A stretch of 32,000 bases of DNA from Nitrosospira multiformis ATCC 25196 (GCF_000196355.1 NC_007614.1:1470001-1502000); one strand, 5' to 3'; positions 9,126 through 18,168 are shown, numbered from the stretch's first letter. Numbers and translations are program-made. Notes: a model not told the origin generated them from the letters alone.

Positions 9126-10838
9126 TTAACCTTCAGTACTGAACTCCTCGTTTTTATCTATATCGGAAGCAGCCTGGGAAGGTTCATCAACCATGAGTTC
9201 AAACCAGAACACACTGCCGACATCGACAGTGCTTTCCACACCGATTGATCCGCCCATCAGTTCAACCAGTTGTTTCGTCACTACCAGTCCAATGCCTGTG
9301 CCTTCCACAGACCCTGCTTCCTGTCCAAGCCGGTTGAATTGCTGAAAAAGCTGCGTCAGTTTTTCCGGCGGCAGCCCCGTCCCCGTATCGCGCACACTTA
9401 TTCGCAGACGCCCGGGTTTGGTCATGGAGCAACTCACTTCGACCATGCCACCCTCGCGGTTGTATTTGATTGCGTTGGAAAGAAGATTGATCAGAACCTG
9501 CTTCACCCGCGTTCGGTCTGCCCGAACGAAGAAGTTCATGTCCGATGATGGCGGAAAGATCAGCCGTATGTTTTGCTCCTGGGCCTGCGGTTCGACCATG
9601 GTCCGGGACTCGGCCATCACCTCTCCGATGCACATCGGTTCCTGCGCAACAATCAGTTTGCCGGACTCGATTGCGGCGAGATCGAGGATTTTATTTATCA
9701 ATTCAAGCAGATACCATCCTGCAGAATTGATCTCCTTGAGCATGGTCATTTGCGTGAATGTTGGCGGCGGAGAACTCGATTCCATCAATTGGGCGAAACC
9801 AAGCATGACATTCAGGGGTGAGCGTAATTCGTGGCTCATGCTGGAAAGAAAATCCGATTTGGCCAGATTGGCCTTTTCCGCCTCTGTCTTGGCTTTGATC
9901 AGTTCTTCTTCGATCAGCTTGCGGTGGGTGATATCGCGCCGCAACTCTTCGTTCACCCGCGCCAGTTCATCGGTGCGCTTGGCCACGAGCTCTTCGAGAC
10001 GAAAACGATGCTGCTTCAACTCCTCTTCTGCCTGTTTGCTTTCCGTGATATCAACCAGGATACCCTGCAGAAACAGTGAGCGTCCCGATTCATCCCGCAC
10101 AACATTCGCCTCGTCGCGGAACCACAAGACTCTTTCATCCTGAGTAAGCAAACGGTACTCACAGCGCAGAGGGGCGCACGTTGCGCGGCTTTTTGCCCGC
10201 TCCTCGAGTGCGTGCGACCGGTCGTCCGGATGAATCTGTGCAAGCAGGATAGTCGGATCGTTCAACCACTGTTCCGCTGAAAAACCAAGCATATTGATAC
10301 GCGAGCTGACGTAAAGGAAACGGTTGCTCCCATCCAGTGCAGCAATGTAGACGATTGCCGGAATGGTTTCGACCAGAGAGCGATATTTGGCTTCCGCCTG
10401 GGCGAGTTTCTCTTCCGCCTGCTTTTTTTCCAGCCGAATCCGGCGGTCGCTCAGTACGCGCTGGATAACGGCAGGCAATAATTCAAGGTATTGGTGCTCG
10501 AGGTCCTTGATCAGGTAATCCTTCGCCCCGCGCTTCATAGCTTCTACCGCAATGGCGGCATTGTCCGTACCTGTCAGCATCATGACCGGAATGGAAACAT
10601 CGCCACTTTCGTCGGTCAGCGCTGCCAGAAACTCAAGACCATTCACATCCGGCAAATGGTAATCAAGCAGGACGCAGTCCGGCTTCTGCTCATGGGCAAG
10701 TTGCAATCCCTCCCGGCCTGATTCGGCTTCGGAAAGCACGAATTCGTAGTCGGGGTCCCGGGCAAGAGCACGTCGACACGCCATACGATCCACGGCATCG
10801 TCTTCGACGAGTAGAACGCGAATCAGGGGTTTGGTCAT
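9126..10838 (-). CDS. Hybrid sensor: N-terminal receiver + PAS + HisKA/HATPase histidine kinase
   Basis: 570 aa. REC: VLLVEDDAVD...DCVLLDYHLPDVNG...MMLTG...K. This is followed by a coiled coil and a PAS domain. The H-box is FLSSMSHELRSPLN, and the N/G boxes are NAIKYNREGG and DTGTGL...GTGIGL. Confidence 0.92.
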   Translation of the reverse strand: MTKPLIRVLLVEDDAVDRMACRRALARDPDYEFVLSEAESGREGLQLAHEQKPDCVLLDYHLPDVNGLEFLAALTDESGDVSIPVMMLTGTDNAAIAVEAMKRGAKDYLIKDLEHQYLELLPAVIQRVLSDRRIRLEKKQAEEKLAQAEAKYRSLVETIPAIVYIAALDGSNRFLYVSSRINMLGFSAEQWLNDPTILLAQIHPDDRSHALEERAKSRATCAPLRCEYRLLTQDERVLWFRDEANVVRDESGRSLFLQGILVDITESKQAEEELKQHRFRLEELVAKRTDELARVNEELRRDITHRKLIEEELIKAKTEAEKANLAKSDFLSSMSHELRSPLNVMLGFAQLMESSSPPPTFTQMTMLKEINSAGWYLLELINKILDLAAIESGKLIVAQEPMCIGEVMAESRTMVEPQAQEQNIRLIFPPSSDMNFFVRADRTRVKQVLINLLSNAIKYNREGGMVEVSCSMTKPGRLRISVRDTGTGLPPEKLTQLFQQFNRLGQEAGSVEGTGIGLVVTKQLVELMGGSIGVESTVDVGSVFWFELMVDEPSQAASDIDKNEEFSTEG

Positions 10839-10883
10839 AAGTGGAGGAATTTTAGCAAAATCAGGGAGTTGATCAAACCTTTA

Positions 10884-11297
10884 TCATGGCATCTCACTGA
10901 TGGTCCAGTAAGCATCGATGGAACGCATGACTTCGACGAATTGACGATAATCCACGGGCTTGGCCATATACCCCGCCACGCCTAGGTCAAAGCTGTTTAT
11001 CTTATCCTGCTGTTCTTCCGACGTAGTCAGAACTACTATGGGAATACGCTTCAGCTTGTCATCATTTTTGACTGCTTTCAGGAATTCCGTACCGTTCATG
11101 ATGGGCATGTTCAAGTCTAGCAAAATGATGCAGGGTTTTTCGCTTGCCGGATCCTGAAGATAATGAACAGCCTCCTCACCATTTTCCCGGTGGACGAGCG
11201 GGTTCGTCACGTGAATCTCTTTTAGAGCACGAACGACCGTCATTTTATCTACTTGATCATCTTCCACCAGGAGAATGGGCCTGTTAGTTATTTTCAC
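10884..11297 (-). CDS. Single-domain response regulator (Rcp1/CheY-like receiver)
   Basis: 137 aa: ILLVEDDQVD...IILLDLNMPIMNG...VVLTTS...AGYMAKP. The GTG start overlaps the upstream kinase stop (GTGA). Confidence 0.92.
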   Translation of the reverse strand: MKITNRPILLVEDDQVDKMTVVRALKEIHVTNPLVHRENGEEAVHYLQDPASEKPCIILLDLNMPIMNGTEFLKAVKNDDKLKRIPIVVLTTSEEQQDKINSFDLGVAGYMAKPVDYRQFVEVMRSIDAYWTISEMP

Positions 11298-13282
11298 GCT
11301 GCTGTTCCTTTGGTTGAATTTGCGACTGCTACTGTTTTAGGGAGAGTAAAGAAAAAAGTTGTACCCTCACCGGGCGTGGATTCCACCCAGATACTGCCAC
11401 CATACATTTCCACGATCTTTTTTACCAGAGTGAGTCCAACACCAGTGCTTTCTACCCGGTCTCTTGGCGCAAGCGTCTGGAAAAGCTGAAAGATCTTTTC
11501 AAAGTGGCGTGATTCGATACCAGGGCCATTATCACTGATACTGAACCTCCAATGTTCGCCCTCCGCAATGCAGCCAATGCGGATTTCGCATTGAGGCTTA
11601 TCCATGTATTTGATGGCATTTGAAAGCAGATTCTGAAATATCTGCTGGATGCGCGTTGGCTCTATCACTATGCTTGGCAACGTATTTTCGACGGTAATGG
11701 TAACATTTGGCGAAGGGGCAATGAAATCTATTACATCGCGCAGGACTTCATCGACCTTCACCTCCACAGGGGCTTCTCTGACCCGCCCCACACGTGAATA
11801 TTGCAGGATACCGTCGATCAGGTTTCCCATACGATGGACTCTGCTGACAAGGAGACGCATATGCTCCCTGCCTTCATCATCGAACTTGTCGAGGTAGTCG
11901 GTAGAGAGCCAGTCTGCAAGTGCGCCAATTGCGCGCAACGGGGCTTTTAAATCGTGGGATACCACATACGCGAAACTTTTCAGCTCTTCATTGGCACTTT
12001 CCAGGTCGGCCATCAGTATCGCTTTCTGTTCCTCTGCGTGTTTACGTTCACTGATGTCACGCAGAATGACGACGAACATCCGATGCTCCTGGCCATGCAT
12101 TTCAGTCACAGAAATATCCAGGGGAAACGTTGCGCGATTTTTTCGCAACCCGATCACTTCATTTGTTTTTCCGGGACCCTGCAGTTTCGTGTTTTCCTGG
12201 TAATTTTTAAAATAATCAGTTAGTTGACCGTGTTCAGGCCGGGGGAACAGGAATCCGATATTTTGTCCGATCAACTCATTTTCCGAATAACCGAAGATCC
12301 GTTCCATTGCCGGGTTCCCGGTTTTGATAACGCCCTCTGCGTTAACGGAGACCACGCCCACAATCAGGTTATTTATCAAGGCGCGTGTATTGGCCTCGCT
12401 GGCACGAACCTGGCCAATCGTCTCTACCAGGCTGTCGCGCATTTCCCGCACGGCCCCCATCAGTTGGCTGATTTCGTCATTCGATGGAGGAACCTCGATT
12501 TCCTGCCTCAGGTTTCCTGCCGCCACATCCCGGGAGATTCGTACCACATTCTCGAGAGGCTGAAAAATCGCCCGGATGAACATCAGGCTGAACACCACCG
12601 CCAGCACCAGGGCGATGACTATCGAAGCGATGAGAATGGCACGGATTGTCTCGTACCGCCTTTGTTCATCATCATATTCTCTTTTCGCTTCATTGATCTG
12701 GAGCAAAACAAGGGCGTCTATGCTTTCGCCTACAGGCAAATACATTGGGCGGATTTTTTCCACAAGTATCCTGTTTGCCTCACCGATCTTATGGGCGCGC
12801 AACGCCGCTGTTGCCGGCAGCAGGCCCTCGGTCACATATTTCCGGTGGTCGGCAGCAAATTGGGCAGCAAGCTTTTTTTCCACCGGGGTCAAGTGAGTAA
12901 CAATGTACTCTTCCCAGGTTCTGCTGATTTCCGCTATATTCTTCTCAACCTTTGCGGTCTTGTTCCTGATAATCTCGGGCGTCGGCATTACCAGGGCAGA
13001 GGTAATGGCAAGCCGGGTTTGCAGCAAAAGTGACTCGATATATCCCACCTGGCTCAGAGGGATGGCCCTGTCGTGGTAGACGGTCCTCAGGCCGTCTATC
13101 GCATGGCTCATCCCGAACAAACCAATCATTCCCATTCCCAGCAAAAAGGCGATCAGATAGGAAAGGGTGAAGATCAGGCGGGATTTGATCGTCAGGTTTT
13201 TAAATGTCAGATTCTTAAATGACAGATTCTTTAATGTCATTTTCTTAAATGACGGCTTTTTAAATGTCAGCTTTTTGAACAT
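11294..13282 (-). CDS. Membrane sensor histidine kinase (4HB_MCP-like periplasmic domain, HAMP, PAS, HisKA, HATPase)
   Basis: Two TM segments flank an MCP-type four-helix-bundle sensor. HAMP: PLENVVRISRDVAAGNL. A PAS domain follows. The H-box is VVSHDLKAPLRAI and the ATPase boxes are NAIKY, DNGPGI and GVGLTLV. The start is placed at the ATG at 13282 (MFKKLTFKK...). The ORF track's TTG at 13390 would add 36 unlikely residues. Confidence 0.9.
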   Translation of the reverse strand: MFKKLTFKKPSFKKMTLKNLSFKNLTFKNLTIKSRLIFTLSYLIAFLLGMGMIGLFGMSHAIDGLRTVYHDRAIPLSQVGYIESLLLQTRLAITSALVMPTPEIIRNKTAKVEKNIAEISRTWEEYIVTHLTPVEKKLAAQFAADHRKYVTEGLLPATAALRAHKIGEANRILVEKIRPMYLPVGESIDALVLLQINEAKREYDDEQRRYETIRAILIASIVIALVLAVVFSLMFIRAIFQPLENVVRISRDVAAGNLRQEIEVPPSNDEISQLMGAVREMRDSLVETIGQVRASEANTRALINNLIVGVVSVNAEGVIKTGNPAMERIFGYSENELIGQNIGFLFPRPEHGQLTDYFKNYQENTKLQGPGKTNEVIGLRKNRATFPLDISVTEMHGQEHRMFVVILRDISERKHAEEQKAILMADLESANEELKSFAYVVSHDLKAPLRAIGALADWLSTDYLDKFDDEGREHMRLLVSRVHRMGNLIDGILQYSRVGRVREAPVEVKVDEVLRDVIDFIAPSPNVTITVENTLPSIVIEPTRIQQIFQNLLSNAIKYMDKPQCEIRIGCIAEGEHWRFSISDNGPGIESRHFEKIFQLFQTLAPRDRVESTGVGLTLVKKIVEMYGGSIWVESTPGEGTTFFFTLPKTVAVANSTKGTAA
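13191..13280 (-). repeat. 6 x 15-bp in-frame tandem repeat encoding pentapeptides F-K-(K/N)-x-(T/S) at the kinase N-terminus
   Basis: Plus-strand units are gtcaggtttttaaat / gtcagattcttaaat / gacagattctttaat / gtcattttcttaaat / gacggctttttaaat / gtcagctttttgaac. Translation is M-FKKLT-FKKPS-FKKMT-LKNLS-FKNLT-FKNLT-IKSR, then TM1. Confidence 0.9.
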
Positions 13283-13680
13283 ATGACCTGCAAGGATTCG
13301 AAAAAGGGGATATCCGCAGCTTTCTATTGCACAGGGAGTTACAAATATACCTTTATGAACCTCAAGTGAAAAATATCTTTTGATCGACAAACCTATTCAC
13401 GACTCATCCGCGGAAAGAAGACAATGTTGACTGAACCCACTGGCTGGGAGCAGGAAATTTATGATCCAAATATTGAACAGCAGGTGTATGAGCGCCCTGC
13501 AAGCGTTCATTGAGTACTCGCACCACCAAGTGGTCTATTCCTGTTGAGAGGCTCTCCTTGATATGTACTATATTTAGATAGCGTTTCCGGATCGATAATC
13601 CGGCCTGCCACTTTTCGTTTCTCCGGCTAATCTGCTCAGGTTGCAATACCTGTAATCCATAATAAAGGAGGATAAATATC

Positions 13681-14301
13681 ATGAAACCGAGCGCCTTAAT
13701 CGCAGGATGTCTGCTTGCCGCAACTGTATCGGGATCAGCTATCGCGCAGCAGTCAATTTTTACCGCCGAACTCCTCGGATCGAACGAACGGCCGGATCCC
13801 AACAATTCTACCGGTACAGGTACGGCGACCGTTACGATTGATCCAGCTCAGGGAACAATGCATGTTCACGAGACTTTCAGTGGTCTTTCAGCAAATACGA
13901 CAATTTCCCACATCCATTGCTGTGCTGGTCCAGATGCCACCGCCATCCCCGCTACCACCGTACCCTCTTTCCCAGGTTTTCCGGTTGGGGTGACTGCCGG
14001 TACTTATGATCAAACCTTCAATATGCTGGAAGCCTCAAGCTATAACCCCGCGTTCATTTCAGCTAATGGTGGGACGGCCGCTAGTGCATTCGACGCGTTC
14101 ATAACCGGATTGAATAACGGGACCGCCTATGCCAACATCCATACAGAGACGTTCCCAGCGGGAGAGATCCGTGGCACGCTAGTAGCAGTGCCCGAACCGG
14201 AAACCTACGCGATGCTGCTGGCTGGTTTGGCGATGGTGAGCATGATGGGGGGAGGGCGGCGTCTTTTTTCCCGCGAAGACAGCAGGGTCAGGATAAGCTG
14301 A
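13681..14301 (+). CDS. Secreted CHRD-domain protein with PEP-CTERM sorting signal
   Basis: Signal peptide (...VSGSAIAQQ). CHRD hallmarks are NSTGTGTATVTID, SHIHCCAG and NIHTETFPAGEIRGTL. The C-terminus is VPEPETYAMLLAGLAMVSMMGGGRR, that is PEP, a TM segment and an Arg cluster. AAGGAGG lies 10 nt upstream of the ATG. Confidence 0.85.
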   Translation: MKPSALIAGCLLAATVSGSAIAQQSIFTAELLGSNERPDPNNSTGTGTATVTIDPAQGTMHVHETFSGLSANTTISHIHCCAGPDATAIPATTVPSFPGFPVGVTAGTYDQTFNMLEASSYNPAFISANGGTAASAFDAFITGLNNGTAYANIHTETFPAGEIRGTLVAVPEPETYAMLLAGLAMVSMMGGGRRLFSREDSRVRIS

Positions 14302-14605
14302 ACATTTGCTCTCGAGTAGTCTCTGTATGGAATGATTTTGATCGTTGACTTGTAAGCAGACTTCCTTTGTTTTCAAGGGAAGGAGGCTTGCGGATCGTCA
14401 GGGATTGCTTGGATAGCCCCGAGCGAGAATCGAAGGGCAGAGATGCCGTTTTTTCTCGTCTATTAAATTCGCTGGATGAGGATTATGCGTAATCCTGAGC
14501 TCCCGCTGGCTGACCGCCAACCAGCCAAATAGAAATAGCATATGGATCGGGTAACTCTATGACAGAGCTGCACGCTGGCACGAATATCCCGCCCAGCGTG
14601 CAATC

Positions 14606-14809
14606 TTACGCAGCTTGAATGTTTGATGCCTGCTTGCCCTTTGGGCCCTGCGTAATCTCAAACGTTACTTTTTGTCCCTCCTTGAGGGTCTTGAAGCCGG
14701 ACATGTTGATTGCGGAGAAGTGCGCGAATAAATCTTCACTGCCGTCAACAGGGGTAATAAAACCGAATCCTTTTGCCTCATTGAACCATTTTACTGTGCC
14801 AGTTGCCAT
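14606..14809 (-). CDS. Cold-shock protein, CspA family
   Basis: 67 aa, [20 protein letters not shown]...DLFAHFSAI, containing the RNP1 and RNP2 motifs. Confidence 0.97.
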   Translation of the reverse strand: MATGTVKWFNEAKGFGFITPVDGSEDLFAHFSAINMSGFKTLKEGQKVTFEITQGPKGKQASNIQAA

Positions 14810-14831
14810 TTTTGCTTCCTATATATCAGTT

Positions 14832-14856
14832 AAAAAGAGACCCATTTTTCGGGTCT
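14832..14856 (-). promoter_or_regulatory. Terminator-like hairpin inside the csp leader (candidate attenuator)
   Basis: Minus strand AGACCC-GAAAAAT-GGGTCT followed by CTTTTT. It ends 22 nt upstream of the csp ATG. Confidence 0.4.
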
Positions 14857-14946
14857 GACCGCATTCTGACGATCCCTGAATGAGAAATATGTTCGCTACC
14901 GTACCGAAGCAATCCATTCCCGGTTAGATGCTGCATTTATTGAATC

Positions 14947-14975
14947 ACATTAGCGAGAGAGTAAATCCTTCTCAA
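14947..14975 (-). promoter_or_regulatory. Candidate sigma70 promoter of the csp gene
   Basis: Minus strand TTGAGA (14975-14970), a 17-nt spacer, then TAATGT (14952-14947). This predicts a leader of about 130 nt. Confidence 0.3.
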
Positions 14976-15370
14976 TGCCATAATTTTGATCAGTACAGGA
15001 AATCCAGGCTGGGACTCAAGTTCCAGCAGTTATCAACAGACCTATCCACGCCAATTAGGGAAAACTTCCATTAGCGGTATTCACCGAAGCTCGGCCAAGC
15101 GCTATTGGGGGCTTGAGCGAGACTGTGGTGCATGGAGTATCAGATACCCTGTACGTAAATCATCCTGAAGGGAATCCCATACCTGAATGTGCCAAATGCA
15201 TAGATGGAATATATGAAAAGAGAAGTCCCATATATCCGCATCGGATGAATTATTGCTTGTTTTCGTGGTTTCGTTCGACATCGGTTTGCAACGAAACTGT
15301 TTCGGGTTACTCCCGGAACTGGCGAAAACTGACCGGAAACTGTCCCAGCAATTTTCTCAGGAGAACAGAT

Positions 15371-16390
15371 ATGAAACCAGAAGACAACGCCAATGCCGCA
15401 CGGCGCCAGTTTGTGGGCGGCATGACAACCGGCCTTGCCGCAGCATTTGTCTACCCGGCCTTCGCTCAGCAAGGGCAGCAAGCAAACCCTTCCGGCTCCC
15501 TGCAAGGGCCCGGCCAGTCCCGTAAGCAGGATCCGAGAACGCAATATCCTATTCCCCCCTTTCCCCAGCAAAAACAGGAGCCTCCCGGCCTTGTAAGCAA
15601 GATGATGCCGCGGCCTGATCACGGCGAGACAACCTACAAGGGTTCGGGGCGGCTAGTGGATAGAAAGGCGCTTGTGACCGGTGGAGATTCGGGCATTGGA
15701 CGCGCCGCCGCCATCGCCTTTGCGCGTGAGGGAGCCGATGTCGCGATTAATTATCTCCCGGTCGAGGAGTCCGATGCTCGTGAGGTCGTGGAAATCATCC
15801 GGGCAGAAGGGCGAAAGGCGGTCGCGATTCCTGGCGATATCAGGGATGAGAATTTTTGCTCCAGGCTTGTCGCCAACGCCGTCCGGGAGCTGGGCGGACT
15901 GGATATCCTTGTCAACAATGCGGCCATGGCTGTCGCACAGCCCTCTATCGTTGATCTCACGACAGAACAGTTCGATTCGATCTTCAAATGCAACGTCTAT
16001 GCCATGTTCTGGATCACCAAGGCGGCCATGCCGCACCTTAAGCCCGGAGCGGCCATCATCAATACAAGTTCTGTTGAGGCTTACACTCCATCCGATGCGT
16101 TTCTCGACTACGCCCAGACAAAGGCGTGCAATGTTGCTTTCACGAAATCACTGGCGAAGCAGTTGGCCAACAAGGGTATCCGGGTGAATGCGGTGGCGCC
16201 GGGACCATTCTGGACACCGTTGCAGACGGCTGGATGGGCGGATCTCAGCAGGTTGGGCAAGGAGACTCCGCTTGGCAGACCCGGTCAACCAGCGGAACTG
16301 GGTCCCCTGTATGTTTTCCTTGCATCACAGGAATCAAGCTATGCAACCGGACAGGTGTACGGCGCTTCAGGGGGGGAAGGGCAGCCCTAA
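15371..16390 (+). CDS. YghA-like SDR oxidoreductase with an N-terminal twin-arginine (Tat) signal peptide
   Basis: AGGAG lies 7 nt before the ATG at 15371. The N-terminus is [34 protein letters not shown] (RRxFV, h-region, AxA). The rest is collinear with E. coli YghA by recall: [42 protein letters not shown]...NNAA...Y..TK...[11 protein letters not shown]. The 86 codons upstream in the ORF track look non-coding. Confidence 0.85.
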   Translation: MKPEDNANAARRQFVGGMTTGLAAAFVYPAFAQQGQQANPSGSLQGPGQSRKQDPRTQYPIPPFPQQKQEPPGLVSKMMPRPDHGETTYKGSGRLVDRKALVTGGDSGIGRAAAIAFAREGADVAINYLPVEESDAREVVEIIRAEGRKAVAIPGDIRDENFCSRLVANAVRELGGLDILVNNAAMAVAQPSIVDLTTEQFDSIFKCNVYAMFWITKAAMPHLKPGAAIINTSSVEAYTPSDAFLDYAQTKACNVAFTKSLAKQLANKGIRVNAVAPGPFWTPLQTAGWADLSRLGKETPLGRPGQPAELGPLYVFLASQESSYATGQVYGASGGEGQP

Positions 16391-16404
16391 TGATGTCTAA
16401 AACC

Positions 16405-17013
16405 TCAAGGTTTCTTATGACCACATAGGTGATAATGCGTATGGTAGGGTAAATACCAGGCTTTCACCGCTTTCTGCAGCTTTTCCTTGTCCTTCGAAGT
16501 TACTGATGGGCCAAGGACGGCGCGTGCAAAATCCGTGAATGCTTGCTTGTTCGTCAAAACGGTCTTCACGGAGGCATCGAGATCAGCCAGAAAACTTTGG
16601 AAATCGACGATTCCAGGCCCGCCGTCGATCAAGTATGCGGTACCGTTGAATTCGATTTGACGCGTATGACAAGCGGAGCAGTTCATGCCAATTTCCTGTC
16701 CTTCGCTTCCACTTGCGACGGTGAATCCCACGGGTAATCCGGCGGGTTTGCTGGTCTTATTGGGAAGATAGCCGTATCGGCCCAGGCTTTCCGCCATGAA
16801 CGGCTGGCCGTCGGGTTGCTTCAAGGCGGATATCCAGCGCAGCGGCATGATACGAGACCCCTGATCGCGGGTATAGAAATCCTTTCGGGCTGAAGCTGTC
16901 CACTCTGCCCCCTGATCAATGAGTACTTGTTCGGCTGCCGAAGAAATCGACGGCACGAGCAAGGCTAGTGTGGACAGGAGGCTTCCAATCCACGATAGGA
17001 ACTTGATTTTCAA
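16405..17013 (-). CDS. Secreted CXXCH (c-type heme motif) protein, possibly a truncated N-terminal part of a larger di-heme peroxidase-like protein
   Basis: TTG start, signal peptide (LALLVPSISSAAE) and a single CSACH site in GMNCSACHTRQIEFNGTAYLIDGGPG. The ORF stops 14 nt from the convergent SDR stop. Confidence 0.5.
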   Translation of the reverse strand: MKIKFLSWIGSLLSTLALLVPSISSAAEQVLIDQGAEWTASARKDFYTRDQGSRIMPLRWISALKQPDGQPFMAESLGRYGYLPNKTSKPAGLPVGFTVASGSEGQEIGMNCSACHTRQIEFNGTAYLIDGGPGIVDFQSFLADLDASVKTVLTNKQAFTDFARAVLGPSVTSKDKEKLQKAVKAWYLPYHTHYHLCGHKKP

Positions 17014-17633
17014 TTTTTATCTGCCTTTAGATTAATGAACGATATGTTTTGAGTGTCGTATCCTTGCTACCCATGTTGCATAATGGTCTTGCCGCTGCGC
17101 GATAAAATGTGCCGAGACAGCCGTTACTGATGGGTCAACGGCTATCAATCCTTCGCAACACGACCCTGGGTAATATTGAAGAACATTAGAAATACCTGGC
17201 TGCTTGAACTGACTGAGGCCAGATATCAAACGAACCGGGGGTTTGGGGATACGTTGCCTTGCACTTTTTAATTGCTGATTTCGACTCGCCCTTCGCCATG
17301 AAGGTACTGCGACCTTGTTACCACCTCCCTGCGGAAGAGGTGGAAGAACTCATCGCTGATAGCTGGCAATGCAGCTGCAGGTCTCGGCCTGCTGATCCGG
17401 ATCAGTGCTGGGGAAGGGTGATAGGAAGTATGGTTGCGTGAAACGGGAGGTGATAAGCGAAAAAGAAGAGTTTTATCCTCGCTATTCAAGCTTTGGGAGG
17501 AAGCTGCACGGGTTTGTTCGTACTTTCACGAATGGCGCACGAATATAATCGATTGTAGGGCTTCTTGATGAATTTATAACCTGCCTGATTATGCATTTCT
17601 CGGTTGTAACGCCTATTGAAGCAAAGGTGGGGC

Positions 17634-17659
17634 AAAAAAAAGCCCGGCTTATGCCGGGC
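17634..17659 (-). terminator. Intrinsic terminator (minus strand)
   Basis: Minus strand GCCCGGC-ATAA-GCCGGGC followed by T8. Confidence 0.85.
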
Positions 17660-17749
17660 TAGGGGAGCGCTTCAAATTCGTTTCCCTGAATGGAGGGAAG
17701 GGGAGCCGAGTAAAAAGTGTAGCCGTTTGAAATAAAACGTTACCGTTAA
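17634..17749 (-). ncRNA. sRNA-like module A (C/U-rich tracts plus terminator); 5' end undefined, may be a 3'-UTR-derived RNA
   Basis: It aligns block-wise with module B: TAACGG; CTCGGCTCCCCTTCCCTCCATTCAGGGAAACGA; GCGCTCCCCT; then the terminator. Confidence 0.3.
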
Positions 17750-17777
17750 ATAACTCACGCAAGCAACCCGGAATAAC

Positions 17778-17984
17778 TTAATTAGGCAATCTGGGGCGAT
17801 AATCTTGATGTGGCTTCGCGCTTACTGAGCTCTCAAGAACTTGGAGGACTTCTTGTCGAGTAGCCTGGTCTAGGCTTCTTATCAAATCAATCAAAGTCCG
17901 TTGCGATTCTTCCAGTTCGTCATTCCATAGCTTCAAGACGTCGTTAATCAGTTGATTATTATCCACTTGGGATTCGCCCTTCAT
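17778..17984 (-). CDS. Hypothetical 68-aa helical protein
   Basis: The ORF has plausible composition and a strong terminator about 120 nt downstream. No clear RBS and no recognisable family. Confidence 0.3.
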   Translation of the reverse strand: MKGESQVDNNQLINDVLKLWNDELEESQRTLIDLIRSLDQATRQEVLQVLESSVSAKPHQDYRPRLPN

Positions 17985-18168
17985 TTCAGGATTGGGAAGT
18001 AAAAAAACCAGGCTTCATAACGGTGAAAATGGGGAGTGACTTCGAGCCTCGGACGCCAGATCGGAGGTAACTACAAATACGTGCCTATCTTAGCTCTGAG
18101 ACAGAGCATCAATCAGTTAATAAAAGCAGATTTAATATTGCTTATTGATCAAATGGAAGAGAAGCAAC

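Noticed and set aside
13191-13280. Short tandem repeats considered as a CRISPR-like array (the same question applies to 6611-6835)
   Set aside because: The units are contiguous with no spacers and lie in frame inside coding sequences. No cas genes are present.
13283-13390. TTG-initiated 36-codon extension of the sensor kinase
   Set aside because: The start is non-ATG with no RBS and the residues do not look like protein. The ATG at 13282 opens directly onto the repeat array and TM1. The true start still needs experimental confirmation.
13404-13805. 133-codon minus-strand ORF overlapping the start of the CHRD gene
   Set aside because: It overlaps a well-supported plus-strand gene and its RBS. 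No motifs and an unlikely composition.
15113-15370. Upstream extension of the SDR ORF (track start at 15113)
   Set aside because: The translation is Cys/Trp/Asn-rich and does not look like protein. A good AGGAG-ATG plus a Tat signal begins at 15371.
18073-18086. The conserved 14-mer AGGCACGTATTTGT (minus strand; also at 18360-18373) read as a sigma54 -24/-12 promoter
   Set aside because: The GG is present, but the element 10 nt downstream reads TT or TA instead of GC. The nearest G is one position off, and sigma54 spacing is strict. It is kept only as an unexplained conserved box.
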